Part shown: piece by piece, positions 1 to 14,000 of the stretch
Numbering within the stretch: the stretch's first letter is position 1
How the letters are laid out: the number at the start of each line of letters is the position of its first letter
Origin: Antedon mediterranea
Lineage: Eukaryota > Animalia > Echinodermata
Direction of reading: 5' to 3'
DNA length: 64,000 nucleotides
NCBI RefSeq assembly: GCF_964355755.1
Contig: NC_092673.1
Coordinates: 19,341,648-19,405,647, forward strand
Notes under the pieces: generated by a model
Databases searched by the model: none
What the model was told of the DNA's origin: nothing
The model's input: only the letters and a program-made list of their open reading frames with translations
Program-made: the position numbers and the translations under genes

Positions 1-254
1 GTTAATCAGTACATGCAGGTTATCCCCATCATCAGTGTGTATTTATATTATTATTTTTAGCCTAATGTTGTTAATCAGTGCATGCAGGTCATACCAACAT
101 CATTAGTGTGATATTGCAAAATAATTGTAATTCATTATATAAAAAAATGTTATAATAACTAATAAAGAAAATTACAATCTCTATAATTTTAAACTTTAAT
201 TAAATTTCTTCTTTGATAATATTATAAAAATAATGTACATCTTGTTTTAAATAC

Positions 255-604
255 CTTATTGATAGATTTCACAAGATCTGGTTGCGTCTTACAGATTTGT
301 TTAATTGTTTGCAAATCACTCCCGTACCACAAAGCTTCTTCTAATTTGTTCCTGTTAAAATGTAAGAAATAATGAATTATTACACTATTTTATGAAAATG
401 ATGATTGATGGAAATAATCAATATCATCATTATATTTGATGAGAATGAGCCCTTTAATTGTAATATTTATGATTTCATAATCTTTTAAGAAAGTTTTAAA
501 GTATTGCTAACTATTCAAACATTTTAATTTGTTTTTAACAGTTTACATATTGAAGCTGGTTATTTTTGTTGGATTTGAAATAAAAAACAAACGTACCTTT
601 CCAT
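255..604 (-). CDS. 5' coding exons of a divergently oriented paralogous ANK(-ROCO) gene; continues beyond the left window edge
   Basis: Mirror of 24378-24726. ATG at 604-602, exons 604-597 and 351-255 give MERNKLEEALWYGSDLQTIKQICKTQPDLVKSINK with intact splice sites, followed by the same 71-bp intronic minisatellite at the window start. Confidence 0.75.
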
Positions 605-763
605 TTCAAAAATACAGTGTGTTCATTTAACAATTATTAATACGGATAGCTTCTAGTGTAAAAGTAAGCCTACACATTCTGTTCTGAAAATATGAAAGGT
701 AAAACATAATTTCATCAGACAGAAACCTTTGCATTAAAGGCTACGACAATTCAATTGCACCGG

Positions 764-1272
764 TATGCTGGCATTACTGAATGAAGATGACCTGTATGCT
801 GGCATTACTGAATGAAGATGATCTGTATGCTGGCATTACTGAATGAAGATGATCTGTATGCTGGCATTACTGAATGAAGATGATCTGTATGCTGGCATTA
901 CTGAATGAAGATGACCTGTATGCTGGCATTACTGAATGAAGATGACCTATATGCTGGCATTACTGAATGAAGATGACCTGTATGCTGGTGTTACTGAATG
1001 AAGATGACCTGTATACTGGTGTTACTGCATGAAGATGACCTGTATGTTGGCGTTACTGAATGAAGATGACCTGTATGCTGGTGTTACTGAATGAAGATGA
1101 TCTGTATGCTGGTGTTACTGCATGTAGATGACCTGTATGCTGGTGTTAGTGAATGAAGATGATCTGTATGCTGGTGTTACTGCATGTAGATGACCTGTAT
1201 GCTGGTGTTACTGAATGAAGATGACCTGTATGCTGGTGTTACTGAATAAGATGACTCCTGTGCTAGCATTAC
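764..1272. repeat. 31-bp minisatellite (~16 copies)
   Basis: Unit ctgtatgctggcattactgaatgaagatga(c/t); period 31 (atgaagatga at 781, 812, 843). Confidence 0.95.
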
Positions 1273-2857
1273 AACATATTATACTTTAGATTTTTAAACT
1301 GTTATACTTGTTATTAAACAAATAAAGCATATTGTGTACATTGTGCGATTGTAAAATCTAAGTTTATCACCAAGTTGATATTAAACTGGCCATGGTCTCA
1401 TCTTTAAATATTTAAAAAATTATTTTGTTCATAATAATTGATTGACAGATCAACAACTGGAAACATTGTTTTGTGGATTCATTTTCCCAAACGGCAATTA
1501 TGACTTTTCTTTAATTAATACACAACAAATGGCTGCCATTCAGTTTGGCCCACTTTACTTTAAACCCCAAAAAAAAACAGCAAAAACATCCCTCTAGGCA
1601 ATTGTGAGTATCAGAAAAACATATCAGTTATTTGGTCAAAAATGTTGTTAATCTCTCTCTAGGCTGGGTGCCAGGGGCCGCCAGGGGGTCTAGAGGGCAA
1701 AGCCCCCGGAAGTAACGCGTTCTAGCGTCTTTTGAGGCCATTTTAATCAGATTTAGGGTAGCCACTTTTTCCATTTTTTATAATGCATAAATAAAATACT
1801 GCGTGCAAAAAAACCGATGCGCAATGATGACTGTGGCAATCCATTTCAATTTTAAAAATGAAGTGACCTTTAAAGTTCAAAATATGCCTATATTTATTGA
1901 GTATATTGTAGCATAGAAAATATACACAAATGTAAAACGTACCCACAGGCAGGAACTGAGCTAAGACATTTTTGAAAATTAGAGCTGATTATAGGTCCTG
2001 GAAAATGCACTTATTGTGCTTCGAAATATGAAATGAAATTTATAAGTACCTAAGAAAATTTTGAAAACTAGACCTGCAGGTCTTCAAAAATTGCATCTTA
2101 TAATTTGAAAACATCGGGCCTAGAGGCTTAAAAAAGTGGTTAATTGGGGTGGGTGGGTGGTGTGTGTCCGCAAGCGTAGACCATTTTCAGTCGTGAAAAT
2201 CAGTATACCTCGCAAGTGTATGTATGCTTACCATCTGGACTTTGAGTATGGTGAGACGTTCATGACATACAGGACATTGAAAACTTAATAACTAAACTAT
2301 AATAAGATGTTGTTGGCTAAGCGAAAATAGCATGTTTTTTGTTTAGTAATGTATGAAATATTTATTTTAGGTGCCCCACGGTACAGAGGGTTAATTGTAA
2401 ATTAAAAAATTGGTGAACATACGAATAATTAACATAACTTGTTTTTGCTGTAGCGTACGTCGATACACAGTACACAAAGTAACGGGAACGATTCGTACAA
2501 AGGCCAGACAAGTGCATTCTTTTGTTTAGTAGTTAGATCGCTGGCAAAATGAATGCATAGTGCATAATAATAGCCCTCTGACGTACTCACGGTCAATTGA
2601 ACGTCGTGGTTTTCTAGGTGCTGAAGCTACGAAGTGAACGTGAACAATGTGTATATTATTCCCCGACAAAACTTTGGTGGGAAAGCTAGTCTCCCGTAGC
2701 TCGTACTAGGACTTTTTGAAGTCGAAGTTCGAACTACGACTAAAGTCTGGTTTAAAGAATACGGGCGTATCACTGTACTATCAGACTAATATACCTTTTT
2801 TTATTTTCACGTCAGACATGTTTTGTTCAAAGATATTCAGCAGCCTAACTTCTGTGA

Positions 2858-5800
2858 TAGTCCATGGGCCAGGTCCAGTTTTTTGCGAAAGCAGTATCAA
2901 ATTGGTGGCAAATGCTACCATACATTTTTGGAAAGCTTAATATGTCTACTTTTCAGAAATCCATGATAGCAATGCCAATTGTACAGCTTAATAGTCATTT
3001 TTGAGGATTATATAACACCGCCTACGGAAAATATGCACCACAAAATTTTGGGGTAGGGGGTAACACTTTTGCTAATAACTTGGGATTTAATGAACAGATT
3101 TGCATTTTCTTGGTATCAATATGTAGTGTATAGACTGCTTAAGTGTAATATATTTTTCTAAGTAAATCCAACAATTATTGACGCCATTAGAGATCAGAAG
3201 GTCATTGAACTTTAGTAAAAAATGATTTTTTGTCTAATATTAACTTATAACTTTCAGTTTTTAACAAAAAAAATACAATAGATGTTATGCAAACTGATGT
3301 TTTCATGAACATATAGACCCAATAAACAAGAAAATTGAAGTTAAAGATTAACAAAATATGAATATGCTGTGTATTATGAAGAAATTTGTTGTTTTTAGTA
3401 ATTTGTAATCGTTTACAATTATGGGGTAGGGGGTAACATTTTTGCGAATAACTTACAATTTAGTTAACAGATTTTCATTTTCTTGCTATCAGTATGTAGT
3501 GTATAGATTGCCTAATTGTAATATACTTTTTAAAAATGAATCCCGCATTTATTGACATCTTTAGAGGTCAAAAGGTCACTGACCTTTAATAAAAAATGCA
3601 ATTTCTTCTAAATTAGCTTATAAATTTCAATTTTAAACACAAAAATACAGGAAATCTTATGCAAACTAATGTTTTCTTAAACCTATAGACACAATAAATA
3701 AGAAAATTGAATTTAACATTTTTTATAAATTGAATATGCTGTGCATTATAAAGAAACTTGTTCGTCATTAGTTATCTTTGACAATAATGGGGTAGGGGGT
3801 AACGTTTTTGCAAATAACTTAAGATTTAGTGAACAGATTTACATTTTCTTGTTATCAGTATGTAGTGTATGGATTTCTTTATTGTAATATGCTTTTAAAA
3901 AATGAATCGAACATCTATTGATGTCTTTTAGAGGTCAAAGGTCAATAACCTTTAATCAAAAATGCAATTTCTTCTAAATTAGCTTATAAATTTCAATTTT
4001 AAACACAAAAAATACAAGATATCTTATGCAAACTAATGTTTTCTTAAACCTATAGACACAATAAATAAGAAAATTGAATTTAACAAACAAATATTCTGTG
4101 AATTTATGAGGACATTCTGTCTGTTAATTATTATTAACAATTATAGGGTAAGGGGTTACATTTTTCCTAATAACTTTGTATTTAGTGATCACATTTGCAT
4201 ATTTTTGGTATTAATATGTACTGCGTAGTTTACCTAATTGTTATATTCATTGTGAAAAAATAAAACGTAACATATATTGACATCATTGTAGGTCAAATGG
4301 TCATTGAACATTTAAAGAAATGCAATTTCGTCCAAATTTAACATTAATAAAGTTTCAATATTTAACGCAAAAATACACCAAATCTAACTTTTTTTTTAAA
4401 CCTATAAAGACAATGGACAAGAAATTGAAGTTAAAGATTAAAAACAAATAAACATGTGTAATAATATTAGGAATTGTGACCGTAATAGTAATTTGTAATT
4501 ATTAAAAATTATGGGGTAAGGGGTAACATTTTTGGTAATAACTTTGAATTTAGTCAACATATTTTGCATTTCTAGGAACAAATAAGTAGTATATAAACTG
4601 TTTAATTGCTATATATTAAAAAATTATCAAAATGTTATTACCAATAGATTTATGTGGTTTTTAACTTATTAAACCTATAGAAAAAAATTCACCGTTTAGT
4701 ATTGTTATGGGGTACGAAATAACAAAATGCATGACTTTTTGGAAGCTATACATTATTTGATTTATTATTAATTAAAATAAATGAAATTTAAATACGAGGA
4801 TAATAAATAAACATATCCAGCTTCTGTGTTGTAAATTGTTTTTTATAATTTACATTCTAAACATTCAATTGTCTATAGTAATCATAGAAATTGTTTAGAT
4901 TACCAATTATATCTTTTATTTGTAACTGATAAGATATTCTAAGGTTATAATTGTTCATCTGGTTTGCAAATGCAAATGAGATAGTTTTCTAAACAAAACT
5001 GTTATGGTATTGTAATATTACAGGACAATTACATTTTACTTCATCTTGATTTAAAGAAAACAGTTAGTTTATTCAAACTCATTAATATGTCAATTTTTTA
5101 GATTTTCATATTAGCTGCAGTTCCACATCTTCCACATATGTTTGAAAGAACTGGGTATCTCTAAGTTTTCATATCGCAGTTTAAAGTATGTTCCATGTAT
5201 CTTGGCATGGTCGAAGGTGGTTGTAAGTTTTCCCCATTTTGATCAAGGTTACCATTAATATCTATTAACCAATGTTTTAACCAAGATCACTGGTGCAGCA
5301 TGTTACGGTCTTCAGTCTCTTTGTATTTTCTGGACTCCTGGAAAGGACCCAAAATATTGTGTCGAGAGAGACATTGACATGGAAATTAACAATTATATTG
5401 GAGGATAACTCTGACACAACCACCTAAAGTTAGGTGAGAAGGTCCAGTCAATACAATTTACACAGGAAGGAAAAATCTTATCTGGTACATCTTCAGAAGA
5501 GAGTCATGCATACTTTACATTTTCCTCATTGCTCACAGACGCCACTGAGCCAAATAGTGTTTCTATCCATTGTTGGATGCCCTTCACATCTCTAGAGAAT
5601 ACAGACTGAAGACTATAACGTGCTGTACCAGTGTACTTGGTTCTAGTATTTTCGTCAGCTTTTTCATAACATTTTTAAAGATATTAACGGTAACGTTGAT
5701 CAAAATCGGGAAACTTGCAAAGTATCACATTCCAAAATGTCAAGGAACATTGCACAAGATCATACTTCAGTTTGCGATAACAAAATCATGTCTTTTAAAG

Positions 5801-8359
5801 ATTTCTATATATACCCAGTTGTTTTAAATGATGTAGGCTTTACTGGAATTTGACGATGTAATAATAGAATTCATTTTTGAGAAAGTGTGAATTGCTAAAC
5901 TGCAGCTGATATGCAGATCTGAAACATTTACATATTGTTACGGAGTTCATTTTTGTAAACCAAGATACAGGAAAATGTCAGATGAACATTTATAGAAAAA
6001 GAATATCTTTTAAATACAAATTTAATTGGTAGGCCCTAGTGTCATTTTTAAAATTACTATATAAGTCGATTAATTGATTTAAAGTACAATCTGTAAAATA
6101 ATAACAATTTATACAGTATACAGTAGCCTAAAAACAGTAGCCGTAGGATGTATTTAAAAAATAACCAAATACCCTATCTAAAGTAGTGGAGCTGTAGCTT
6201 GGTGGTTAACATGCTTGCCTTCCAATCCCAAGTTCCCGGGTTCAATCCTGACCTAGTGCCAGGCTTGTAACTCACGACTCTTTCAACTCCACTCCTTAAG
6301 CCTTAAGTGAGACTTAGTTTATAATCACGATAAATTATAAAATAGTTTATCCACACTGTAATTTCACGATGAAATATATGTTTTTATAAAGCTCCTATCC
6401 TCATATTAAAACAAAATCATTAATTTTTTTTTCAATAATTTATACCCTCCAACAAGTCATGCATAATGTGTGCATTGTGTACCCCACAACAACACTAAAT
6501 ACTAAAATTTTGTCTACAGGCTTTAAATAAAACTACACAACCACTATTATTTGAGATCAAAATGTTGCATAATTTTTGGATATAACAATTTTTGATTAAA
6601 CAGTTTATACAGTACCCTACTTATTGTTACCAAGAAATGCAAAATATGTTCAATAAATTCAAAGTTATTAGCGAAAATGTTACCCCTTACCCCATAATTT
6701 TTAAGGATTACAAATTACTAATACGGTCAAAATTCTTCATATTGTTAGGGCCTATACATGTTTATTTGTGTTTAATCTTTAACTTTAATTTGTACTTGTA
6801 CATTGTCTTTATAGGTTTAAAAAAAAACACCAGTTTGTAATAGATTTGTTGTATTTTTGTGTTTAAAATTGAAACTTTATTAATGTTAAATTTGGACGAA
6901 ATTGTATTTTTTGTTAATGTTCAATGATCCTTTGACCTACAATGATGTCAATATGTTACGTTTTATTTTTTCAACATGAATAACAATTAGGCAACCTACA
7001 CAGTACATTATTAATACAAAAAAATGCAAATTTGATCACTAAATACAAAGTTATTAGAAAAAATGTTGCCCCTTACCCTATAATTGTTAATAACAAATTA
7101 TTAGTAACGGACAAAATTTCTTCATAAATTCATAGAATATTTGTTTGTTTAATTTCAATTTTCTTATTCATTGTGTCTATATGTTTAGGAAAACATCAAC
7201 ATAAGATCTTTTGTAAGTTTGTGTTTAAAATTGAAATATATAAGTTAATTTAGAAGAAATTGCATTTTTGATTGAAGGTCATTGACCTTTTGACCTCTAA
7301 AGACGTCAATAGATGCTGGATTCATTTTAAAAAAGTATATTACAATAATGAAATCCATACACTACATAATGATAACATAAAAATGTAAATCTGTTCACTA
7401 AATCTTAAGTTATTTGCAAAAACGTTACCCCCTACCCCATAATTGTCACAAATTACTAATGACTAACAAGTTTCTTTATAATGCACAGCATATTCAATTT
7501 AGAAAAAATGTTAAATTCAATTTTCTTATTTATTGTGTCTATAGGTTTAAGAAAACATTAGTTTGCATAAGATTTCCTGTTTTTTGTGTTTAAAATTGAA
7601 ATTTTTAAAACTAATTTAGAAGAAATTGCATTTTTTATTAAAGGTCAGTGACCTTTTGACCTCTAAAGATGTCAACAAATGCGGGATTCATTTTTAAAAA
7701 GTATATTACAATTAGGCAATCTATACACTACATATTGATAGCAAGAAAATGCAAATCTGTTAACTAAATTGTAAGTTATTTGCAAAAATGTTACCCCCTA
7801 CCCCATAATTGTAAACGATTACAAATTACAAAAACAAAAAAATGTCTTCATAATACACAGCATATTCATATTTTGTTAATCTTTAACTTCAATTTTCTTG
7901 TTTATTGGGTCTATATGTTCATGAAAACATCAGTTTGCATAACATCTATTGTATTTTTTTTGTTAAAAACTGAAAGTTATACGTTAATATTAGACAAAAA
8001 ATCATTTTTTATTAAAGTTCAATGACCTTCTGACCTCTAATGGCGTCAATAATTGTTGGATTTACTTAGAAAAATATATTACACTTAAGCTGTCTATACA
8101 CTACATATTGATACCAAGAAAATGCAAATCTGTTCATTAAATCCCGAGTTATTAGCAAACGTGTTACCCCCTACCCCAAAATTTTGTGGTGCATATTTTC
8201 CGTAGGCGGTGTTATATAATCCTCAAAAATGACTATTAAGCTGTACAATTGGCATTGCTATCATGGATTTCTAAAAAGTAGACATATTAAGCTTTCCAAA
8301 AATGTATGGTAGCATTTGCCACCAATTTGATACCGAAAAAATGTCTGGCCCATGGACTA
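2858..8359. mobile_element. Non-autonomous foldback DNA transposon with ~2.2-kb TIRs, Academ-like (TAG..CTA termini, 3-bp TSD)
   Basis: Termini tagtccatgggccag / ctggcccatggacta. TSD TGA (2855-2857, 8360-8362) is confirmed by the empty site in the right arm (~21748). Arms are built of ~365-bp subrepeats (ggggtagggggtaac at ~3050, 3421, 3788, 4142, 4511). The superfamily call rests only on termini and TSD. Confidence 0.85.
6188..6340 (+). mobile_element. tRNA-derived SINE / pseudo-tRNA head (Gly-TCC-like) inside the foldback
   Basis: ggagctgtagcttggtggttaacatgcttgccttccaatcccaagttcccgggttcaatcc with A box (tagcttggtgg) and B box (ggttcaatcc). The acceptor stem is not intact, so this is not a functional tRNA. 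Confidence 0.6.
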
Positions 8360-9765
8360 TGACCTTTGTAACAGACATTAGTAGGTTTGAAATTACCTTT
8401 TAACTCAAGTTTATTGAACAATTCATGTGCTATTAAACGAGAGGCCTGAAAGGTAAGTGATAACATAGGCAGAATTTGAGCAAAAGATAGTATCACCCTT
8501 GTAGTGTGTGCACCAAGATTAGCTTTTAAGCCTCTGAATTTTGAATTAAAATCTGTAATTTTATTGTATTGCAATTTTTGCTGTACAGTAAAATTAAAAT
8601 AGTCAGAAAACACTTGTTTCAATGGATGCAACTGGGTTGCCATGAACCAACATTTCCAAACAAAGTATTGCTATTCCTGTAATTGTCATAAAACAAAGCA
8701 CAATTATGTAAGTCAAATTAAATATTCTGTAAAAATAATATAAAAACTCACATTACAACTGAATCTGAACAACACAATTGTTGGTACCCTACCCTGGAAA
8801 CAATCCTCCATCCACTGGTAAATCAGTTCGACTGAAAAGCTCTACATAAACACGCTACTTGACTATAAGGTGTTTATAATTGTCACTGCTTCTGTGCGTC
8901 ACATGACTTCCCAATCAGTCTTGCATGCTAGCCTATAATAGAAAATATAAGTCTTGTTTACCTATCTATCGTTTGCAAACTTAATATAAACAAAGATATC
9001 GTTAGGAAGATATCATAATTCATATTCAACCAATGTAAACAAACGAATTATGGGCGGAGCCAGAGCCATATATAAAGAGTTACAACATTGGGTTAAACTT
9101 CAAAGTCATGTGATATACAGAGCAAACTTTTTCAAAATTATCTCCATTAATGCATGTAAAGTATAGATTAGGAGCAACAAATACTTTAAACATTTTCTTA
9201 TATTTTTAAAAATGTAATTGCATATTTGATGGTGAATTATTGATGTGCAAAGTGTACAGAAGTACTTGCTTGCGCTAGTACATTATAAGATTTATTGATT
9301 TTGGAACAAAACATCACATAACTATGTATATTTTTAATTCATAATAGATGCTTTGCTGATTAAATAAAATTAATAAAGTGTCGTGGATATACTGTATTTG
9401 TTAATAATATTTTGTGCTTTAGGATAATAATGTGTATTTTGATTACCAGGAATTGTTTAGGTATAAAAAACAATTTATATTAAAGTGCTAGTGCCACACT
9501 TTCGACAAATACGACATTTACTATTATCAGTATCAAGAATAATATATGTAGATACTGTGTTAAATTGAGTTTCAATAATAAATTGTTATATATATGAAAA
9601 AAAAAGCAATATGTGTGTCGTTATTTGGTCACGAAATGTTACCTTTCGACATTTGTATGTGACGTCACAGCCAGAACACCGACGATCGCGAGGAGGAACT
9701 AACCTGCATCTTGCGCCTTATAACACACCCCGCGGCGATCACAACAAGCTTACTGAATATTTGTT

Positions 9766-10813
9766 ATGGATTCCGAAAGCGATTTAGAAAGTGTTTCATC
9801 AGATAGACCTAGTAGTAGTAGTTCATCATCAAGTGATGAGGAAAATGGTACTGGCCTTATAATACCATATAATTTCGAACCACGTTTTGAGGAACATGAA
9901 TTACAAGACATTGATGAAGAAGCCCAAGGTGAAGATGTTGACATGATGGCTGCACGCCTGGATAATTTAGAATGGTAGGTGTTCCCCTTGTGGTTGTTGT
10001 AGTGAAGCGTCTGCTTGATTGGGCTAGGCCTAATTAATCAATCGAAGCTAGAGCTACCTCAGTGTTTCTAAATTCTAAATATACAATCGGTTTTTTTTTT
10101 TCAAATTTTGTGAGATGCCATACGTTAATATAAAGTCCCCATCGTAATTTGTTTGATGATTATTAGATGGGTCGGATTTGGGACGGTGGTTTAATAATAG
10201 GCTACTCCTTGGGCTTGGGTTTGGTTATAATAATAGATGGACTAGGCCTAAAGTATTAATATTAATATTCTGGTCATAGTTCAAATGGGCATTTGAATTT
10301 CACTTGCTTGAGTGACTGCTGATATGATCAACTAATTATAATCATAATAATTAGTTTTATAATGACTAAATACATGTTTTCATCTTGTTCAGGTGTTCCT
10401 GTGAACATTGCCAAATCATGGGCTCAGGGGAAGAGTGCATCTGCTGCAAGGAGTGCGAAAACACAAGTGCTAAACTTGAAGACAATGTCAATCTGTTCAA
10501 CAATGATGCTCCATTCTCCTGCATCACAAATCATCCAGGTTTCAAGTCTGTTGCTCTTGACCCTTGGGTGCTGGAAGTAGCATGGCTTTCGTATAAGCAA
10601 CACTATGATAAGAAAGTTATCTATAACGGACCAAAAAACAAAAAGTACCGTCACATATCGTACAGACAGTATGCCCGATGGATACATGGATATGTCGGAA
10701 AAAATATCCGTATAGTGCTTCCGTCTTGTGTTGTCTCTTGCATAAGAGCACATTTCCCACCACCTGGAGATGACCCGGTGTTTACAGGATTTAAATTACC
10801 TGACCTAAATTAA
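9766..10813 (+). CDS. KolX-type accessory protein (P2X7 cytoplasmic ballast-like Cys-rich domain), 209 aa, two exons
   Basis: Exons 9766-9974 (GAA TG|gtaggt) and 10393-10813 (ttgttcag|G TGT) total 630 nt in frame. Motifs WCSCEHC, ECICCKEC, CITNHPGF, YRHISYRQYARWIHGYVGKNIRIVLPSCVVSCIRAHFP. Confidence 0.88.
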
Positions 10814-11088
10814 AACAGCCATAGCAGCATTTTAATTTTCTTATACTATTTAGTATTAGTTTAGTAATTTTTGGAAATTAAATAAAGTAATAATTTATAC
10901 AATTTGTAACTCATTTTGATTTTATTGCTTCTCTCATTCATATACATCTCCAATACATTGTTATTGGGGAAAAAATGAAATAGTCTGAAAATACAGTACA
11001 TTGTGAATATTTCAACAATTTTATTATGTCTACAATAATATGCTGTGTTCAATTCATTTATATGATTAATAAACATGGTGTCAAGTTA

Positions 11089-14000
11089 TTACTGGTTTTT
11101 AAACCGGCTTGTATGTTGGGCAACTGCAGCACTTTTTTCAGGTCTTTCAAATGCTGCGCACAATGATGGTGGTATGGTCTCTGTAAATGCATCTAGATTT
11201 GGTTCCATAACAATCTCAAGAAGACTCTTGAATAACTCATCAACATAATTATATGTACATTCTGTTAAAAGTTTTTTAACAATGTAACCCCCTTTCTTGT
11301 ACTTAGGAAATGATATTACGTATTGCTTTTCTCCAGCCTTATTTACCATTTGTTCTCTGGTACTGTTCTCATTATAGTGAAGAGCAGCTATGAAAAGTCG
11401 ACTCTTCATTCCACTATATGAAAAGTGGAACATTTTAGGAGCGAAATGATTAATAATAGACCAGTCGGATCTGGAGGCAGGTGTCACTTTTCTGCAGAAT
11501 TTTCCAAACCAACTTTTTCTAGTGCATTTTTTGACGTAGATTACGAATCTGGTTGTTGATCGGACTAACGTGGGGGCTTTTTAAAGATATAAACGTTTAA
11601 AATCTTGATTTTTGAGAGCCGAAATTAATCAAAATAAAACAAATTTAGACAATAGAGGGCGCACTTTCTACATAATTATGAGTAAATTGGATTAAAAAAG
11701 ACTTCGTTGCTGTTAATTTTATTCACGTAAATGTGAAAATAATTTATAAATCTGATCGGTTTTATATGCTGAAATTGTTTTAGTAATACACTGTGTAGTA
11801 TAAAGTTAGTTAGAACTTTTCATTTTCGCGTTTTCAGTGATCAAAAATGATATTGTCTAGGCCCGAATATGAATGCTTCCAGCGTACGACGTATGTAAAC
11901 AAAGGACGTTTAAACCGCGATGACCGCATATAAAGTTCGCTCAAGTGAATAGTGGGTAGGCTTTTACTAGCCTAGCGTATTGTGACCGTATGCATGAAAC
12001 ATCTTTCTCTAGCTTATTTTGCATGCAGCGCTAGCTTTACATAAACATGTGTACTACTGTTTTTAAATTTTTTCCCCCGATTTTTAGGTGGTGTAAGGGC
12101 CTAGAACTTATATTATTATTACTGACAGGCTTCTAGAGTAGGCTACTACTATACTACTAGGCCTAGTACTGGTGTAGTAACTAGCTGGCATAATAATAGC
12201 GTAGGTGTAGATGTATTATGGTGTCGTGTGTGTAGTCTTACAGCTAAAACATTTATTTTTGTATACATAAATCTAATAAATGCTGTGTACTACTACCCGT
12301 ATATTCAGCTGATTATAATATAACAATACATTCAGCAACCCTATCAACCAACGATTTCTCACAGGTGACATCATTGTTCATAATTAGAGGTGCTATTTAT
12401 CATGAATGTTATGTGCGAGAGTATACCATTTCCAGCCATCTAGAGGTGTCATTTAACCAAATTTGCTTCGCCCCTCCAGATTTAGGATGGCTTTTAGGTA
12501 AGGGTGGAATTAAACGACATTAAACTCATTACAAACGTATCAGATTAACATAATTCGTTTTTGCTGTAGCATACGTCGATACACAGTACATAACGTAACC
12601 GTCAGTAAACTTCGCCTGGAAAGTAATACTACGACACATTTTGGTCCCTGGATGGAATATGATATCACGCGTTTGGACACAACGTTGAACGATTCGTACA
12701 AAGGGATACCGCCAGACAAGTGCGTACCTATTGTTTAATAGTTGGATAGCTGGCAATAATGAATGCATAATAGCCCTCCGACGTACTCGCGGTCAATGGA
12801 ACGTCGCGGTTTTCTAGGCGCTGAGGCTACGAAGTGAACGCCAACGATTTTTACAGTATTCCCCGACTCGACAAAAAGTACCTGTGTTCCCAGATATGGG
12901 ATAGGCTCCCCGACGAGGGGATAGAGCCCATGCGGATACACAGTTGATGATCTTAACCTGGATGTTTTACTATTTTCATGAGATTTAAAACATATTTTTT
13001 CTTAGAATATGCCAATTGCGCATTCTTTTGACATCATACTTTACTAACTTATGACGTCATAGGTACGTTATATGGTAATTTAAATATTAATTGGAAAGTT
13101 TAATACCACATTTATATAGCGGCTATTCTGAATTTATGCTAATTAACCTTTTTGATGTCTGACCGTATCATGTTCATTTCAACAGGAAAATGTTAGAAAA
13201 TTGTTTTCCTGCGGTTTCTACATTTTTTTTAGCATAGGATAATGTCATTTAAGCAGTTATAACATAATATATGACGTCACAACTACCTTATGACGTCATA
13301 GTTACGTCATATGCTAATTTAAATATGCTAGTTTGAAAGTTTAATGTCACATTTATATTTACTCGTAATGCACTTAGGTGGTCTAAAACCAACCGTTGAG
13401 GAGATATGGGAACTTCAAATGGTAAATGGCGGCCATTTTGAATTTATGCCAATTAACCCACTTTCCGGTGTCCGATTTCGATAAATTTTGGATATGATGT
13501 TTATTTGGACTATATCAACTAGACAACACATTTCTGTTGCATTTAACATATCTAAACGATTTCCTCTTCATAAAATGACTTATTTGACCTAATTTGACCT
13601 TTGACCCTTCATATCTCAAAAACGCCCCCTCCCCGTCGCGATCAACATTCATATTCGTATTCTACAGCCAAAATTACCTCAGAAAAAGTACATGAAGTAA
13701 ATTCTGCAAAAAGTGACACCTACACCTCAAATACGACTGGTCTATAAGGCTATGGTACCCTTCCACTGATGACGTTTGCCCATGAGGTGAAGAATTGCGA
13801 ATGTCCTTCACCAACATTTTGGTTTCAACAAATTTTTGTAAGGCATCACAAGCTTCAGTATCAGCAGTCAACCACTTTGTTAACCGTTGGTCTGAAGGAG
13901 ACATTACCGGATGGGCACATTCCGTATATGGTTCAGGATGTCCAGTATGAAGATTTTGTACATGTCTTACCACAGACTTCCACTTTGCTTCAATGATATC

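Larger units (their letters stand above)
1..9483. repeat. Left arm of a large inverted segmental duplication (partner ~20650-24960); contains a 5.5-kb insertion absent from the right arm
   Basis: 1-2857 is the reverse complement of ~21748-24950, and 8360-9483 is the reverse complement of ~20650-21750. Confidence 0.95.

Noticed and set aside
6188-6260. Functional tRNA genes here and at 37478-37550
   Set aside because: A and B boxes are present, but the cloverleaf stems are imperfect and both continue into SINE-like bodies.
10385-10813. Host P2X7 purinoceptor gene
   Set aside because: Only the ballast-like domain is present, with no transmembrane or ectodomain exons, and it lies inside TIR/TTAA-bounded Kolobok ends.
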